Source of the DNA: Neophaeotheca triangularis
Lineage: Eukaryota
DNA length: 64,000 bases
Assembly (NCBI GenBank): GCA_054600435.1
Contig: BAAIJX010000025.1
Span: forward strand, 1 to 64,000
Direction of reading: 5' to 3'
Shown: positions 59,972-64,000 of the stretch, in pieces
Layout: every line of letters begins with the position of its first letter
Numbering within the stretch: the first letter of the stretch is position 1
Translations under genes and position numbers: made by a program
The notes under the pieces: generated by a model
Database searches by the model: none
What the model was told of the DNA's origin: nothing
What the model saw: only the letters and a program-made list of their open reading frames with translations

Positions 59972-61031
59972 TCAATTATTCTTCCTTCTAGCCATCTCCT
60001 CCCTAACACCACCTCCACTTGCCCTGTACCACACATCACCACCCCACCTCACCATTCGCTCCGCCGCCGCCACAGGTCCATCCACAGCCGGCCTCACGTC
60101 CAAGAAGAACACAGGCTCTCCCGTCGGTTCCGGCGGTCCACTGTAATAATCAATCACGTACCGCCTCTCCTTGGCCTCCCCATCCTGACCCTGCCTCGCG
60201 ACAAACCAATCGTGGCGGTCAAAAGGCGGGTTATCGGGAAACTTGGCCGGGTACAACCAAGCCATGAACCCCATCATCCTCGCCTTGGGGGTCATTTCGC
60301 TCGGCCGGCCCATGAACCGCAGCAGCTTCGGCTCCGGCGCCTGCTCCCTGTCTCTTGCACTCCGCATTGCCTCAATAGCCAACGCCCTCTGCGCCCCCTC
60401 TTCGCCGTGCTTACACAGCTCCCAGCCCCTGCCCAGCCCACCCGCGAATCGGCGCTCCCACTCCCGAATCTCCTCCCAAGCGCCCTCGTTGAGGAAATTG
60501 TGCACGGCGACCATGGACTCGACGTGCTCGGCGGGAGTGTCGGTGTATCCTTTCCGCAAGAGCGCGTTGTACATTTGCTGCGGCGAAGGGTATTCCCAGG
60601 TCGCGCCTTGGAGGTCCCCGCGGGGGATGGTCGAGGCTTCACGCTCGAGGGGCAGCGAAACGCTTTGTTCTTTGGCTTCGCGCGTGTTGGAGATAGAGGT
60701 CGGCATGTAGTTCAGGGGGTTGAGCTTGGAGATGTAGGAGGGTGTGGGAGTCGGAGCGGCCGGGCTCTCGGAGGATTCGGGGGGAACGTAAGGGCAAGCG
60801 CTTGAGGGGGAGGTCGGTTGGGTTACGGCGGAGGGTGCGGGTGCGGGTGTGGGTGCGGTTGAGTTTGAGGGTTGGTGCATAGGGCATCCTGGCTACAGAA
60901 GAATGTTAGTATTGGTAGATATAGTGCTGATGCGGTTGCCGTACGGGTGGTGACGCATCTCCTCCTTTCGGTATTGGATGAGGCGCAACGGGTTGTGATG
61001 AGGACGTCGAGTCTGTCCAAAACCAGCCCAT
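59972..61031 (-). CDS. CYC3: Cytochrome c heme lyase (holocytochrome c synthase), 2 exons
   Basis: MGWFW start, CPM/CPY heme motifs, [46 protein letters not shown]. Confidence 0.92.
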
Positions 61032-61439
61032 CTTTGTTTTTTGTTCGTTTGATAACAGATGATAGGTCTAGGAGTTCTTTTCGATGGTGAGGTTGGATAT
61101 GAGCGATTACCGTGGGCTTAGTAGACGAATGTTGGTAGGATAAATGAAAAGGAAGTGATGATGAAAGCCTACATGTAGAAAGCCATATCAGAGGCGCAGA
61201 GGCGTTTCAGGGTCTAAAGAACTCGGATATTTGGGAGGCGACTTTGCCCCGATCTTGCCCGAGCAAACACTTTCGCCCCCTTTTTTCTGGACGATACTGC
61301 AGAAACTTTTCGTAGTGAAATTGTTGTATACGCCTTGCTAATAATTCATACTTCATAGCTGAACTCGTGAAACTAATGCACAAGTGGCCGTTGAGAATGC
61401 CATTCTCGGATCACGGCCGCCCTCACATGACAAAATCAT

Positions 61440-62778
61440 CTATTTGCTGGAGGGGCCCTTGACCAAGCTGTTTCCTTGCTCCTCCTTGACCTTGCCGAAC
61501 TTCTTCAGGCGAATCGCGTTCACGGTGATGAAACCGGTAGTGTCGCTGGGCGCAAAGTCACCAATCTCGTCCATGCTGCTCTCAGACTCATCGTACAGCT
61601 TCTCCGTCTCGCTCCAGCGGCCGAGGACGCTGAACATGCCCTTGAAAACCCTGCACCTCACGCTTCCGTTCACAGTCTTCTGGCTCGATGTGATGCTGTC
61701 CTCCAAGAACTCACGCTCCGGCGAGAAGTACAGGCCGTTGTACAGCAGCTTGGCGTAGTTGAATGTGACGAACTGGTCACGCAGCGCACGAATCTCGCGA
61801 TCCATAACCAGACCCTCGAGATCAATGTGTGCGGCTCGCAGACAGGTGAGGCCGGGTGTCTCGTAGCATCCACGCGATTTCAAGCCGATGAAGCGGTTCT
61901 CGACAATGTCGATACGACCCACACCGTGCTTGCGCGCAATAGCGTTGGCGGTGAGAAAGAGGTCGACGGCATCGGTGACAGTTTTCTTGTTAGAATCCTC
62001 GGTGTACTCAAGCTTCACTGGCAGACCCTTCTCGAATGAGATGGTGAAGTCCTGAGGCTGGTTGGGGGCTTGGGTGATGGGGTCCGCGGTGAGCTTCCAC
62101 ATGTCCTCTGGGGCAGCAGTGTTGGGGTCCTCGAGGATTCCGGCCTCGTAGGAGCAGTGTGCCAGGTTTTCGTCCATGCTCCAGGGCTTACTCTTGGTGC
62201 TTGAGACTGGAATGCCCGTCTGCGCGGCGTAGTCAAGCAGAGCGTCGCGGCCCGGGAAACGGTTGTAGAAGACAGGGTCGCGCCATGGTGCAATGACTGT
62301 GATGCTGGGCTGCAGCGCGTAGAATGCGAGCTCGAAGCGCACTTGGTCGTTGCCCTTGCCCGTGCAACCGTGGGAGACGGCGAAGCAGCCCTCCTTTTGA
62401 GCGACGGCGATCTGAGCGCGAGCAATGACGGGACGGGCGAGGGAGGTGCCGAGGAGGTAGACGTTCTCGTAGATGGCGTTGCAGGCAATGGCAGGGTAGC
62501 AGAGCTCCTCGATGAACTCGCGGCGAAGGTCCTCAATGTAGCATTGGCTGGCACCAATCTTCAATGCCTTCTCTTTGGCTGCTTTGAAGTCCTCCTCCTG
62601 ACCAACATCGGCCATGAAACAGACGACCTCATAGCCTTGGTCCTGGTTGACTAGTCAGAATGGCAACCTTCACCGCTACCTTGACTTTTTTGATGTTTCG
62701 ACTCACCAGCAGGTACCGCAGGATGCAGCTCGTGTCAAGACCGCCGGAATAGGCGAGGCAGACTTTTCCTTGGGCCAT
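61440..62778 (-). CDS. ARG1: Argininosuccinate synthase (2 exons)
   Basis: VCLAYSGGLDTS, YLLGTSLARP, HGCTGKGNDQVRFE, GRIDIVENRFIGLKSRGCYETP. Confidence 0.97.
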
Positions 62779-64000
62779 ATTGTTTTGTTGTTTTTGCTGT
62801 AGCTTCGGTGCTTTCGAGGGATATGTTGGAGCGGCGTCTAAAGGTCAATGGCTGATGGTATTGTCGCAAACGGCAGCGTTGTTGAGAAAAATAAGACGCG
62901 ACTCACACCAAGCAGCGTTATCTTATCTCGTACCTTGCGCATGCGACCGCCGATATCGCTTCGCCTGGACGGACATAAATTTTCGACCTGTCTATCATGG
63001 TGCACTACCTACCTTTAGGTACCTATAGGTATTTTTGTTGAAGTCGAGATATGCATCGTTGTTGTGACAGCCGCAGGACAAATGTTGAAGATGTATGTCT
63101 CTTGATTGTTGGCAGGTAACAAAAAGGCTCTCAAAAGCCGTGATAGAGGATTAAAAGCAAGTATCCGATCTAGATCTGACCAAACCCAGGTGTTCAGAGA
63201 CCAGTACGACTTGACGCCCCCCCCCAGTCCAGCAAGACCCCAGAGATGTGAGGTTCAGCATGGAACAGCAGACAGCCGTTAAAGTGAAGCTGCCCGCCCT
63301 CCCTCCTTATGTAGCGGTATCCCTCCCAACCTTTTGCCTTTTTGGTATGAAAACGCCATTTCCGCAGCCCGTTGAAAATGATCCCCTCGTAACGCCTTGC
63401 TAGAAGTATCGCATCAAAAAAGGCAAGCAGTCAAGATTTTTTTTGGCCATCCCCCCAAGTTCTGCCGAACGCGACAAATGAGTAAGCAAAACATAGCAAT
63501 TTAAAGAAGCACAACCAAAGCAACCACGCTTGGTGATCACGGGTTCCCGTTTTGCTACGAATCAACGCGCGCTAAAAGCAAACAAGCAAACAGTTAAAAT
63601 AAACGCATCCAGGAATAGTCTATCGGTAGGTCGAGAATGCCCGCGCCAAATTCGCGTAAGTGTTGGTCGATAACAGATTTCCTCTGTGATGCGTCCAGCA
63701 ATGTCGTGAAGGCGCAGGTCGTAATAGTCGTAGAAAGTGTGTGCAGTGAATGCAACATCAGGGGCAATGTCCCTCGAAGTGCCAAGAGCAAAATGCTCGT
63801 AAGAACGGATTGCAAGCTTTTGGTGCTTCCAGAATCCCAAATGGAAATGCAGGTTGTGGAGGCGTAAGAACGCTCAGATGAGACGTAGTTCCAATGGGGC
63901 CAACCATGTTGGTGCGCCAGTGAATTGAGCCCATTCAGCCCATCACAGTCTGTGCCGAATAGCTTGGCGCCATTGGGTAAGGACGGTAGTGCTGCTGGTA

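Noticed and set aside
63120..64000. ORF 63562-63840 and flanking sequence as a gene end or transposon
   Set aside because: No recognisable homology or terminal repeats, and it may be truncated by the window edge.

Overview
Gene-dense 64 kb window of a filamentous ascomycete nuclear genome. GT-AG introns are short with CTRAC/CTAAT branch points, and gene content suggests a Dothideomycete, which is an inference. About 27 protein genes were assembled by hand. They include LYS2, an RBR E3 ligase, trimethyllysine dioxygenase, an Mtr-type amino-acid permease, two SDRs, OYE, TYR1, RPS14, UBC6, a UFD1/AZUL protein, SNF8, a thiolase, LSC2, ATG22, a ferric reductase, RPL7, cytochrome c heme lyase and ARG1. 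Also present are three tRNAs (Gln-CTG, Arg-CCG, Ala-TGC), two intronic box C/D snoRNAs and a decayed DEAD-box helicase. Most notable: (1) two unrelated membrane-protein genes each carry one in-frame TAG where Trp is expected, with an intact downstream frame (candidate A-to-I stop-codon correction versus RIP-like/nonsense pseudogenes); (2) an snR13-like snoRNA inside what looks like a nested intron of TYR1; (3) a highly structured RPL7 intron 1 whose 13-bp helix covers its branch point; (4) a secreted repeat-stalk protein ending in a compact 8-Cys hydrophobin-like domain seen only after splicing; (5) an AGGTACCT palindrome recurring upstream of genes. All family assignments are from motif recognition, without database searches.
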